Shown: positions 41,787-53,999, counted from the stretch's first letter. The stretch is 64,000 nt of DNA from Bacteroidales bacterium UBA5281 (GCA_002410555.1 DHSR01000050.1:9761-73760), one strand, 5' to 3'. Made by a program: numbers and translations. Notes: generated by a model not told the origin, from the sequence alone.

Positions 41787-43545
41787 TCAATTCATTGAAA
41801 ATGCATCTTCTGCATGTTGGTATTTGCCGGGTTCTTCTGGCTTAACGGTGGGTAAGGTCAGTGTAAAGGTGGTTGTTTTTCCAATCTCACTTTCTGCTTG
41901 AATGTTGCCATTATTCCTAATCATCATTTCATAACTAAAGCTAAGCCCCAAACCATTTCCTTTTTCGCCACCGGTACCTAAAGTAGTATATTTGCTACCG
42001 GGATTAAATAATTTATCCAGAATTTCGGGTTTGATGCCCTGTCCATGATCCGTAATGAGTAGATTCATATGTGCCGGATCAGGTATTTTGCATTCCAGTC
42101 TGATGTTACCTCCCGGATGGGAAAATTTTATGGCATTGACGATGATGTTTCTGATTGCGATGGTAATCATGTTTCGGTCTGCGTAAACCGAAGCATTGGC
42201 AGGCAGCAGGTTTTCTATTATCAATTCCTTGCTTTTGATCAATCTGTTGAGGAAAGACATCACTTCATCAATAACCTCATGCAGGTTGAAAACTTCGGGT
42301 CTGATGTGTATAAACTCTTGTTGTTCTTTTGCCCATATGAGTAAGTCTTCCAGCACTTTGCCGCCATTCAGGGCTGCAGTATCAATATCTGAAATCAGTT
42401 CGAGGGTCACTGTTTTATCAAACATTCCGGCATTTTCTTTAATGATCTGTGCAAGTGATGTTATCTGATGAAACGAAGTTTTGAGGTCATGGCCGATAAT
42501 GGAAAGTATTTTATCTTTTTGAGCGTTTAATTCTTTTAAGGCCTGGTTTGATTCAATAACTTTTTTATTTAAAATCTCACTTTGAATCTCCAATCGCTTA
42601 CGCTGAGATATATTTCTCATTACAATGAAAATCCCTTTAAGCCGTTGCGAACGATCGGTAAGCAGACTCAGCATTACATTATACCATTCCCCATTTTTAT
42701 CCTGTACGGTTACCTCTTTCTTTTTTATGCCTTCTTCCTTAAATGCATTTACCGTAACAGACAACCAGTCAACAGCCGATACGTCGTGTTTTAATTTGCC
42801 ATATTGTGACTCCAGCAAAGCGGTAGCGACTTCATTCATAAAAATCAGTTGTTGGTGATGGTCCAAAACCAACAATCCATCGGGAATAATGGATGAAATT
42901 CGCTGTTTTACAATGGGAACGATGTCGAGAATATTATAACGGGAAATGCCTACGAGCAAAAGCAGTCCGGTAAGACTAAAACTCAGTACAATAATGTCAA
43001 GCCCGTCAACAAAAGTGAAACCAATGGAATAGAGTACCACCGCAATGAGAGGGAAATAACTGGCTGTTATAAATAGTTTTGCCTGTTTTCTGCTCAATTC
43101 CGGCAGGTGGCCTAAGGCTTTGAACAAAATTATCTGTCCAAGGAGGATCATTATAACCGAAAAAATGGAAGCCACACTGAATAAAGGGCCATGATGATAA
43201 GTAAGTATATTATTTCCGGAACAAAGGAATAAGCCACAATGTTAAATAGTACTTTTTCCATTTTCCGTCAATTTTAGCAAATCCGGCTGCAAATCTTAAT
43301 AAAAGTATCCCCGAAGTAAGCGCGAAGGCATATTCTATCTTGCTGAATAACACCTTGATATCCAATGCCGTCGCCGCAGCTTCCAGTGCACCGGATAATG
43401 ACCATCCTGCAATCATAAGCATCATCAGCGTAAAATACTTCTGATAATTATTGTGTGTTTTCAGGTAGGAATAAATGGCAATTCCAAAACAACAAACAAA
43501 ATTTGCCGCAAGCAGATAAACAATAATGTTGGACTGAAAAACCAT
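41787..43545 (-). pseudogene. Frameshifted 7TM-PAS sensor histidine kinase
   Basis: HisKA_7TM-like N-part (43545-43210) stops at LWLIPLFRK*. Another frame resumes SGNNILTYHHGPLF at 43220 and continues through PAS, GHDLK, NAIKFS, DHGQG and GNGLGL. Confidence 0.8.
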
Positions 43546-43667
43546 AATGTAAAAATAGTTTACATTTCTTAATGTACTTTGTTACATTTTTATTATTAAT
43601 CTGCAAATATCTAAAAAGTAACTTCAAATAGCCAATCCGCACCAATAAATTTGGCCCTTTTTTTTTA

Positions 43668-43784
43668 TCTCACCCTGCCCTCTCCAAATGGAGAAGGTGA
43701 AACATGAAAGTTTTGAGTTCATTAAACTGGTAAAATAGCAGGATTTAGTTCCCTTCACCATGAGGAGAGGGCGGGGGGATGAGG
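43668..43784. repeat. Inverted pair of REP-like palindromes (BIME/MITE-like)
   Basis: ctcaccctgccctctccaaatggagaagg … cccttcaccatgaggagagggcggggggatgagg. Confidence 0.7.
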
Positions 43785-44118
43785 TGGCTAAACCAGGGAA
43801 TGAGTGGTAAAAAATAATCTATGAAACTGTTTAACAAGCTTTTCAATGTCATGAATAAACCAACAGTTTGAGTAGTTAGCCTTAAATGGGTGTTGTGCTG
43901 TTGCGTCTAAATCCGGCCCAAGTCACTCATTTTGGAGTTACATTAATGTAAACATCAATAAACAAAGCCTATTGTACAGCGTTTATATCATCGAATGAGG
44001 AATGAAATCATATAGAAAAAAAACAGGAATAAACTTGCTGCCAAACCCAGCCTTAACGGTGTGGTGTCAGGTATGCCATAAATGATGCAGCAGGCTCTGT
44101 CGAAGATATTAAAAAAAA

Positions 44119-44150
44119 TTTGGAGAATCAGTCATTTCCGTGTATTTTTG
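44119..44150 (+). promoter_or_regulatory. Bacteroidota sigmaA promoter (-33 TTTG / -7 TAnnTTTG)
   Basis: TTTG at 44119-44122, 20-bp spacer, TATTTTTG at 44143-44150, upstream of the USP gene. Confidence 0.65.
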
Positions 44151-44204
44151 TAATTCGAGTGAGATAAAATCCTTTGATCATAAATTTTAAACCCACAACA
44201 AAAA

Positions 44205-45047
44205 ATGGATCGATTAATGAACGACATTATTCTGGTACCTACCGATTTCTCGGAGGTTTGTTACAATGCAGCTACCCAGGCTGCCGAGGCAGCTCAACTG
44301 CTCAAACATAAACTGGTGTTGTTGCATATAGTCAACAACGAAACACGGGCCTACCTGAAAAGCGAGAAATTGGGACCTGAAGCCATTGATCAAAAATTGA
44401 GCGAAATTGCCGATGAATTGAAATCGAAGTATCAGATTGATACAGAAATTATGACACGTGAAGGCAGCATCTTTACTGAAATTGGTGAAGTGGCAAAGGA
44501 TTTAAATGTAGATTTAATATTCTTAGGCACCCATGGCAAAACCGGTATGCAGAAGTTCACCGGCAGTTTTGCCCTTAAAGTAGTCACTTCTTCACCTGCA
44601 CCCGTTATTGTAGTGCAAAAGAGACCATTTGCTCACGGGTATAAAAATATTGTACTGCCCATTACCAGTGAGGCAGGTCCGCTGGATAAAACGCGATGGG
44701 CGGTTTACATTGCCAGGAAATTTAATGCTACCATACATATATTTGTAATGGGCGAAGCCAATGATGATGTTCATACTTCTTCAAAACAAATTGCAGGATA
44801 TTTTGAAAGAAATGATGTTGCCTACACGATTCGCAATTCGGTAAAAAGTTCCGGTTTTGCCAAACAGGTAAATGATTATTCGGCTTCTATCAATGCAGAC
44901 ATGATCATGATTATGACCAATCCGGAAAAGGGATTAAAGACCTATTTGCTGGGAAGCTATGATGAGGAAATCATTTTTAATTCGGCTCAGATTCCTGTAA
45001 TGTGCATCAATCCGCGAAAATTTAACTATGAGGTATTGGGTTTGTGA
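44205..45047 (+). CDS. Universal stress protein (tandem USP)
   Basis: ILVPTDFS, LGTHGKTG…GSFA…PVIVV and a second USP domain. Confidence 0.92.
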   Translation: MDRLMNDIILVPTDFSEVCYNAATQAAEAAQLLKHKLVLLHIVNNETRAYLKSEKLGPEAIDQKLSEIADELKSKYQIDTEIMTREGSIFTEIGEVAKDLNVDLIFLGTHGKTGMQKFTGSFALKVVTSSPAPVIVVQKRPFAHGYKNIVLPITSEAGPLDKTRWAVYIARKFNATIHIFVMGEANDDVHTSSKQIAGYFERNDVAYTIRNSVKSSGFAKQVNDYSASINADMIMIMTNPEKGLKTYLLGSYDEEIIFNSAQIPVMCINPRKFNYEVLGL

Positions 45048-45070
45048 CAAAATCCGGTATCCAGCATCAC

Positions 45071-45093
45071 AAAGCCCCGAAAGGGGCTTTTTT
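45071..45093 (+). terminator. Intrinsic terminator after USP
   Basis: aaagcccc-gaaa-ggggctttttt. Confidence 0.85.
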
Positions 45094-45129
45094 AAAGCAT
45101 ACGCAACTCACTAAACTAAAAACTACACC

Positions 45130-45726
45130 ATGAATCTGAACCATCTCAGCGAATTCGTTATGGAGAAAATGAAGCGTGAGTTGCCGGCAAATATTGTTTA
45201 TCACAGTACCGATCATACCCGTGATGTATATGAATCAGCCATGCGGCTGGCTTTTCTCGAAAAGCTGGATGAACCTTCCACACGCTTGCTTGGTGCAGCA
45301 GCCTTGTTTCATGACATTGGAATAACGGTCCGGTTTGAAGATCATGAAACCAACTCAGCCGCCATCGCCGGAGAGTATCTTCCCTCCTTTGGCTTTAATG
45401 CTGAGGATATTGGTGCCATTCAATCAATGATTCTTGCTACCCGTTTACCACAGCAGGCAAATACCCTGGCAGAAAAAATTTTGTGTGATGCCGATCTCGA
45501 TTACCTTGGAAGACGTGACTTTTTCGTCATCGGTCAAAAGTTGCGCCTCGAATGGGAACTTTCCGGCAAACCGGTTACCCTGAGCGATTGGTATATACTG
45601 CAAATGAAATTTCTAAAGTCGCATCAATATTTTACCGCATCGGCCACTAAGTTGCGCAACGAAGTCAAACTTCAGAACCTGAAAGAAATTGAAACGCTTT
45701 GTACGCGAAGATGTACACATATTTGA
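45130..45726 (+). CDS. HD-domain phosphohydrolase
   Basis: YHSTDHT, LFHDIG, HE, CDADL. Confidence 0.88.
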   Translation: MNLNHLSEFVMEKMKRELPANIVYHSTDHTRDVYESAMRLAFLEKLDEPSTRLLGAAALFHDIGITVRFEDHETNSAAIAGEYLPSFGFNAEDIGAIQSMILATRLPQQANTLAEKILCDADLDYLGRRDFFVIGQKLRLEWELSGKPVTLSDWYILQMKFLKSHQYFTASATKLRNEVKLQNLKEIETLCTRRCTHI

Positions 45727-45733
45727 ATGTTAA

Positions 45734-47815
<2,082 letters not shown>

Positions 47816-47828
47816 TAAAAGTTGATTG

Positions 47829-48542
47829 TTACATCTGCGTCAACACGCTTTGCCCGGAAATCTCCTGTTTTAATATACGTGGATTACCGTAGAAATTAAT
47901 AACTGATGATCCTGAGGCTTCTATGCTCATGGTTTCAATAACATGCACGTGCATAGTGGAGGCCCCGCTGCATTCAAGGCCCGCATGATTTACCACTAAG
48001 TTTTCACCTGAAAATTCAGAAGCTCCGCTGAAATCAACTTCCAGTTTATCGGCCTTGCCTGAAAGGATAATGGTTGATTTTCCACTGGTTTCGAGTTCAA
48101 GTTTATCGGCGGTAAGCTCAAGATCAATGTTACTGCTGCCGGAACACTCAACAGATAAGGCATTGAATTTTAATGATGCATTTGCTTTTAATTGAGTAGC
48201 ACCATTCAGCTCAATGCTCTTCAGGTGAGTAAAGTAAATCGTAATCTCAATGTTTTGTACCCGTAAAGACTTTCCTTGCAGAGAGATGTTAAGTTCCTGA
48301 TCCTTAACATTTGAAATCACGTGGTCGATGTCCTGTTGCGAGCCTCTGATAATGATTTTTCCTGCATCTGCATGGCTCTGAACAAGCGTAATCAAAAAGG
48401 GGCCACTTACGTCAATTTCATTAAACCTGCCCATCTGTCGTTCCTGGGTAGCCGAAAAGACACTGAGCGTAAACGCTACAATCAACGAAAGCGTCATCAA
48501 TACTATGATCATGGGTTTAGTGGAAGCTGCATTAAGTTTCAT
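47829..48542 (-). CDS. DUF2807 / head GIN domain protein
   Basis: Signal peptide, repeated SGxS beta-helix turns and C-terminal YGNP…SG. Confidence 0.85.
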   Translation of the reverse strand: MKLNAASTKPMIIVLMTLSLIVAFTLSVFSATQERQMGRFNEIDVSGPFLITLVQSHADAGKIIIRGSQQDIDHVISNVKDQELNISLQGKSLRVQNIEITIYFTHLKSIELNGATQLKANASLKFNALSVECSGSSNIDLELTADKLELETSGKSTIILSGKADKLEVDFSGASEFSGENLVVNHAGLECSGASTMHVHVIETMSIEASGSSVINFYGNPRILKQEISGQSVLTQM

Positions 48543-48688
48543 GTTGTTGAGGAATAAAATGAATACAATGAGTGAGTTAACTATTAGACTGAAAAATGTC
48601 TCAAAAGTTACAGCATGAATACGTACCTGATCAAAATTAAAACCTTTACATTTGCAGACTTTTTGTATGTTACTTAGCTTATCCTGAA

Positions 48689-49618
48689 TTGAAACCCAAT
48701 CTTCTCCGATACTATCTTTTTGCGGTCACCAGTATGTTTCTGTGGGCGTTAACCTTTATCTGGTTTAAAAAAGCAGTAGCCTGGTACGAGCCGGTAACCA
48801 TTATTTTTCTCAGGCTGGTTTTGGCCTCCCTGCTTTTATATTCTTTCGCCAAACTCAGCCGGCAATATCAGGCTGTGAAACGTTCAGATTATAAATGGTT
48901 TATGCTATTGGCTTTAAGCGAACCTTTCTTTTATTTTATTGGGGAGAGCTTTGGTTTGAAATATGTTTCCACTACCATTTCTTCAGCCATCATAGCTACC
49001 ATACCACTGTTTTCTCCGCTTGCTGCAGCACTTTTCACCCGCGAGAAGGTCACTTTTTTCGCCTGGTCAGGCATCATTGTCTCTTTTGCTGGTATTTTGC
49101 TGATGGTTGTCAATCTTGATTTCAGTTTCAATGCCGAACCTAAAGGGATAGCTTTGCTTTTTCTGGCCGTCTTCTCCGCAGTAGCTTATTCCATTCTCAT
49201 TAAAAGGCTGGCCAATAAATATTCTGCACTTACCATTATATCCACCCAAAGCCTGATTGGAGCCATTTACTTTCTACCCCTGTTTCTGGTGATGGACTTC
49301 TCCACTTTTATCACCATTACCCCTCCTTTAAGTGTGATCCTTGCCATCATTCAACTTTCGGTATTCGGCAGTTGTATGGCTTTTCTGCTTTTTATTATGG
49401 TAATTGCAAAGTTGGGAATGGTAAAAGCCAATTTGTTCACCAACTTAATACCCGTTTTTACAGCAATTCTATCGTACTTTGTGCTGTCTGAAATATTTAC
49501 TGTTCAAAAGATAATCGCCATGTTCCTGGTAATAGGGGGTATTGTGGTTGCACAAACCCGCGAAATAATGGAACTCCTGCGGCGGAAGCACAATAAACAA
49601 TCGCTCAAAAGTCTCTAA
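48689..49618 (+). CDS. DMT/EamA family transporter
   Basis: Ten TM helices in two EamA repeats (LWALTF, FLRL, NLIPVF). TACATTTG box at 48647-48654. Confidence 0.9.
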   Translation: MKPNLLRYYLFAVTSMFLWALTFIWFKKAVAWYEPVTIIFLRLVLASLLLYSFAKLSRQYQAVKRSDYKWFMLLALSEPFFYFIGESFGLKYVSTTISSAIIATIPLFSPLAAALFTREKVTFFAWSGIIVSFAGILLMVVNLDFSFNAEPKGIALLFLAVFSAVAYSILIKRLANKYSALTIISTQSLIGAIYFLPLFLVMDFSTFITITPPLSVILAIIQLSVFGSCMAFLLFIMVIAKLGMVKANLFTNLIPVFTAILSYFVLSEIFTVQKIIAMFLVIGGIVVAQTREIMELLRRKHNKQSLKSL

Positions 49619-49905
49619 AATAAATAGTGGCTATGCTTAAAGCCCCTGGCCGTCTACTATCTCATAAATTTTTTAATTTATGAGTCCGGTCTAAAAAGAT
49701 ATAAATAATAAAATGCCATTAAAATACGAAGTTGCCAGGTTACATAAGGCCTGTATATCAGTGATTAAAACTTGGTGAGACTTCGTGCCTGTATGCCTTC
49801 ATACGCGCGCTGGCAGGGCTTTGTGCCTTAGTGGCAAAAAGGAAGTTTTTATGCTAAGCTCATTTGTTTTTTTGACATGATTAACAGCATTTAAACCTAT
49901 TACGT

Positions 49906-49937
49906 CTCAACGACTCAACGACTCAACAAATCAACAG
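49906..49937. repeat. Octamer tandem repeat (CTCAACGA-like x4)
   Basis: ctcaacga ctcaacga ctcaacaa atcaacag. Confidence 0.75.
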
Positions 49938-50050
49938 TTATATCATCTGAAATGATTAACTTTGTTGATAATTGAAAATCTACAGTTGAATTTTTATTTT
50001 ATTAGTCGTTTTTTTAATCTTTTCCGGTTATTGTTTAAATCTATTGTATC

Positions 50051-50548
50051 ATGAGTAGAGCTTTCGTTAACGAAGATGATCAGCGGGAAACGCCGTTTGT
50101 GCCGCCCAGAGCCGATCTGCCTGTTGGCTTTCCCAATTATGTTACCCCGGCAGGGATGGAAGCGCTGTTGAAAGAAAAGGAGATGTTGCTGACAGAACGT
50201 GATGCACATTCAGCAGCGGACGCTCATGATAAGCAAACGGAAGTGAGTATTTTGAACTCACGTCTGCAAATGCTGGAGAATCGTATATCTTCTGCTCAGG
50301 TTATTGGGCGGGAAGAAGTAAAGCGTGACAAAGTTCACTTTGGTTCTATTGTTAAACTTGAGATTGGTGGTGAAAAGAAACTTCAGGAATTTCAGATAGT
50401 TGGGGTAGATGAGGCTGATCTGAAGAAAGGGAAAATAGCATTTACCTCGCCTATTGCCCGTTTGTTGATGAATAAAACGATTGGTGAAAGTGTCAACCTT
50501 AAACTTGGAAAAGGGGAGAGGATGATTAAGATCATGGATATAGAATAA
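50051..50548 (+). CDS. GreA/GreB family elongation factor (MSRAFV subgroup)
   Basis: NYVTPAG, VHFGS, IVGVDEAD, SPIARLL. Confidence 0.88.
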   Translation: MSRAFVNEDDQRETPFVPPRADLPVGFPNYVTPAGMEALLKEKEMLLTERDAHSAADAHDKQTEVSILNSRLQMLENRISSAQVIGREEVKRDKVHFGSIVKLEIGGEKKLQEFQIVGVDEADLKKGKIAFTSPIARLLMNKTIGESVNLKLGKGERMIKIMDIE

Positions 50549-50882
50549 AAAAATTTTGGTTTTAAGGTAAGGTAGGAATTCAAAATAATTATTTAGTTAA
50601 CACCCACATTATCATTATATTATTGATTTTGAAAAAAATCTTTTCAATAATTTCCCCATTTTTTTCAAAAAACCGTATTGGCTTTTCGATTTTTTATGAT
50701 TAATAGATAATTACGCTGATCAAATTTTTATCAGATGCGCGTGTTTGATAAGGGTTTTATTGTTACTATTGCACTACTAAACTACACCTGCCATAATGCG
50801 GCATTGACTACTACCCTTACTGTTGGCTTTTGAATTTTGCATTTTTGTTTGGATAAATATTACCTAATCAATGGCTTATGGC

Positions 50883-51021
50883 TTATTGATAAACATTTTT
50901 GAACCTCTAATAACTCTAATAATAATTTTAAAAACACAACAATGAAAACAAGAACCATCAGCATTCTGCTCGTATTGAGCCTTACGGTAGGAGTATTTTA
51001 CGCTTGTAAGAAAGACCAGGA
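50883..51021 (+). repeat. Direct repeat copy 1 (5'UTR plus lipoprotein leader)
   Basis: Identical to 53870-53999 except for a 9-bp tandem duplication (ctctaataa, 50905-50922). Confidence 0.97.
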
Positions 51022-52000
51022 ATAGGACGACACCAAAGCAACCCAGACTGAATTAACCAATGCTGATCGTACAGTAGCAAACAGGATTCTTGAATTCCGG
51101 CGTAAGCTCAATTTTAAGAAAACCAACCCCACGCTTAAGAGTAGCGAAATTATTGCCATTGACGATGCGCGTTTTGATGTGGAAACCAACTTTAATGCTT
51201 CATATGGTTTCCCGGATGAGAAATATATTTACACGAAGCATGATACGGTTATTCTTGCTATGCCAGTTATTAATGAATCAACCACAACAGTTGTTCATAT
51301 GCTAAATTTTTACGAACAGTGCTATCAAGAGGTGCTCGGTGTATATAACAATTGTATATACAACGATAAGGAATTGTTGTTTATCTCGCTTAAGAAAGGT
51401 GAACTAAAAGAAGGTTCCCTTTCTTTTAAGCTAGACGTTGTTATGGGGCAACGAACCAACAATACATATCCCGGCCCCTTTGTATTTGGTGAAGACTGGT
51501 TTTATGGAGAGAAATTGGGCATGTGCGATAGTACCTACTACATGGAATCAGATGCGGCACTAGTACTTCAAGATTATTTAAATTCATATTCCACAATTAA
51601 TCCACCACCACCATCTGGTTACAGATGGCTTGTTGTTAATGATGCCAATAATCCTTATCAACTAACGGGTAATGAATACAAGGACGAGAACAACAATAAC
51701 CTGATCTTTTATAATGAAAAGGAAGGGGAGTTTATCCATGATGAAATGTGCCTTGATTACAATGAAATGAATTTTCACCTGGAAGGCGAACATATTGTTA
51801 TTTATAGCCTAATGCGTATTACCCACAATAAACCTGATAATTGGGAATTCCTCAATTGTATTATTCAAGGTGTAAATGACGACAAACCCGGCTCACAAAC
51901 TATTGACCGAATCAGACATCAAAACTATTTGTACTATGCTTTTCGGTATTTAGTACCCATATGGGAAATTGAAGACCCAACTTCATTATCAACCCTTTAA
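50942..52000 (+). pseudogene. Module-1 surface lipoprotein interrupted by an in-frame TAG at codon 28
   Basis: ATG 50942 MKTRTISILLVLSLTVGVFYACKKDQE-TAG(51023-51025)-DDTKATQ… continues in frame into track ORF 51179-52000. Paralog of 53920-54930. Confidence 0.88.
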
Positions 52001-52011
52001 AAAATGAAATT

Positions 52012-53511
52012 ATGTTGGTAAAATCGATCAGGCTTATACTTTTTGCACTTTTCTTTGTCAAATCGTTTAGTGCCTACAATCAAACTTCATTTCAACTTCA
52101 GTATGGAACTCCCGGTGAGGATTACTTTTTGGCTGCCGACAATGATATTTACGGAAATACCATATTTGTGGGGGCCTCTGAAATCATCGAAGATGTATAT
52201 TCAGGGCTGCTTTTAAAAATTAAGCCTGATGGGAGTTACCAAACAAGGCTAATTAGTATGCCTGATACCACGGTAAGCCTTATAAATATTATGGTACTAC
52301 CTGGTGGGGATTACTTTGTTTTGGGCCAAATGCAATCAGCCAACGGTGAAGAACCATATAAAATGATGGTAATGGTACTTGACACGGCTATGAACACTAT
52401 TTCAAGAAAATTTTATGCTTTACCTGAAAAATATTCAGGCATATCCGGCCATAGTAGTATTCTGCAAGACAATGAAGGCAACCTGGTTTTGGCGTTAGCC
52501 CATATATATTACGAAGGAACAACTTCTCGTGAAGACTTTGCCTTTTATAAGTTTACAATACAAGGCGATACCTTAATGAGCAGAGTGTATGAAACAATGT
52601 TTCATGCGGATCCCTATCATCTAACAAAAGTCCCCAATTCAAACAATATCATGCTAACCAGCACGGGTTACTTACCCATGACAGCAGGTGAGTTGATGTT
52701 TTTGGACAGTAACCTCGATATACTCAGAGTAACAAGGATACGAGATGATTTTTCATTCAAATTTGAAGGAAAGCACTGGCTTAGCGATACCAGTTTTCTT
52801 ATGGCTCAAAGTCATACAGAGCATCCCATTGGTTCAAGTACCGAATATATGGTTAGGGTGGCCGTAGTTGATACTTCGGCCACATATCACAAAATTATTG
52901 ATTTAAATCACCCTGACACTATCGAATACTCTTCCGCAATGGATGCTTTGTCGTATTTCAACGATACCACCATTTTTATCAGTGGCTCGCAAAGTTACAA
53001 CAACCTGAATTTTTCCGTACCCAATGAAGCATTTCTATACATTGTTGACAAAGACCTTAATTTAAGAGGCTACAAGGCATTAGGCGATGGTCATTATTAT
53101 ATTACATGGGGCACTCACGCAACAATGGATGGAGGGTGTTTTGTTTGGGCAAGGCGGTTCAATATACCCTACGATGTCAATGAAGCCGACATCATGATCT
53201 GGAAAGTAATGCCCGAGGATATGACACTTTACACCCAGGTAAGTTATCTGCCTCCAGGAAGAATACAAGGCCACGCGTGGCCCAACCCCGTGGGTGATGA
53301 GCTTTATGTCAGCCTTGAAGATTTTGTACAAGGCGAAACCATCCGCTACCGTATAACCGATATGCAGGGCCGCACTTGCCTGGATATGAAACAAACCGTA
53401 AACGGCAACTGCGTGCACACCCAAACCCATAATCTTGACCCGGGAATGTATATCTACGAAGTTTCGGGGCCTGGAAATAAAATAATCAGCGGAAAATTCA
53501 TCAAACAATAA
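52012..53511 (+). CDS. Module-1 T9SS type A CTD protein, probable beta-propeller
   Basis: Signal peptide, ATMDGGC motif and CTD WPNP…GMYIY…SGKFIKQ. Confidence 0.85.
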   Translation: MLVKSIRLILFALFFVKSFSAYNQTSFQLQYGTPGEDYFLAADNDIYGNTIFVGASEIIEDVYSGLLLKIKPDGSYQTRLISMPDTTVSLINIMVLPGGDYFVLGQMQSANGEEPYKMMVMVLDTAMNTISRKFYALPEKYSGISGHSSILQDNEGNLVLALAHIYYEGTTSREDFAFYKFTIQGDTLMSRVYETMFHADPYHLTKVPNSNNIMLTSTGYLPMTAGELMFLDSNLDILRVTRIRDDFSFKFEGKHWLSDTSFLMAQSHTEHPIGSSTEYMVRVAVVDTSATYHKIIDLNHPDTIEYSSAMDALSYFNDTTIFISGSQSYNNLNFSVPNEAFLYIVDKDLNLRGYKALGDGHYYITWGTHATMDGGCFVWARRFNIPYDVNEADIMIWKVMPEDMTLYTQVSYLPPGRIQGHAWPNPVGDELYVSLEDFVQGETIRYRITDMQGRTCLDMKQTVNGNCVHTQTHNLDPGMYIYEVSGPGNKIISGKFIKQ

Positions 53512-53869
53512 ACATTATGAAAAATTTACCCGGCATAATCCATAACCTCAACTTCTACCACTTTTCCGTTGGAAAAAGGAGACCCCCACCCTTATTTTCT
53601 CCATTTTCTCACTCCCCCGCCTGTTTTTACACTATTTTCTTTGCATGGGATGAAAATTTATTAAAAAAGTTTTATTTCCCATTCTTCTCATTGTCAAATC
53701 ATTATGTTTGTATTGTCATAAATAACCACTTTTTTTTCTCAAAAAACAGTATTACCTTTTGCCTCTAAGTATATTAATATGTATAGACCTATTCGTGGTT
53801 ATGTCTTAAAAAACGGACCGGGATAGGATGTTTTACTACTACAACTGTTACCCTCACTCCGGCGATGGG

Positions 53870-53999
53870 TTATTGATAAACATTTTTGAACCTCTAATAA
53901 TAATTTTAAAAACACAACAATGAAAACAAGAACCATCAGCATTCTGCTCGTATTGAGCCTTACGGTAGGAGTATTTTACGCTTGTAAGAAAGACCAGGA
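53870..53999 (+). repeat. Direct repeat copy 2 (5'UTR plus lipoprotein leader)
   Basis: 130 bp, matching copy 1 at 50883-51021. Confidence 0.97.

Noticed and set aside
45130..45726. Pycsar/CBASS anti-phage system
   Set aside because: No cyclase or TM effector adjacent, and the neighbours are housekeeping genes
51023..51025. Genome-wide TAG recoding or pyrrolysine readthrough
   Set aside because: TAG terminates normal genes here (7382, 32008, 47815, 54930), three of them in the same GAA-TAG context, and no pyl genes are seen
53517..53768. 83-aa ORF after cargo 1
   Set aside because: Low-complexity Phe-rich translation of AT-rich intergenic/promoter DNA with no recognisable motif, although the ATG context is plausible
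50883..53999. Diversity-generating retroelement TR/VR pair
   Set aside because: No reverse transcriptase, no adenine-specific mismatches, and the repeat covers the N-terminal leader rather than a C-terminal variable region
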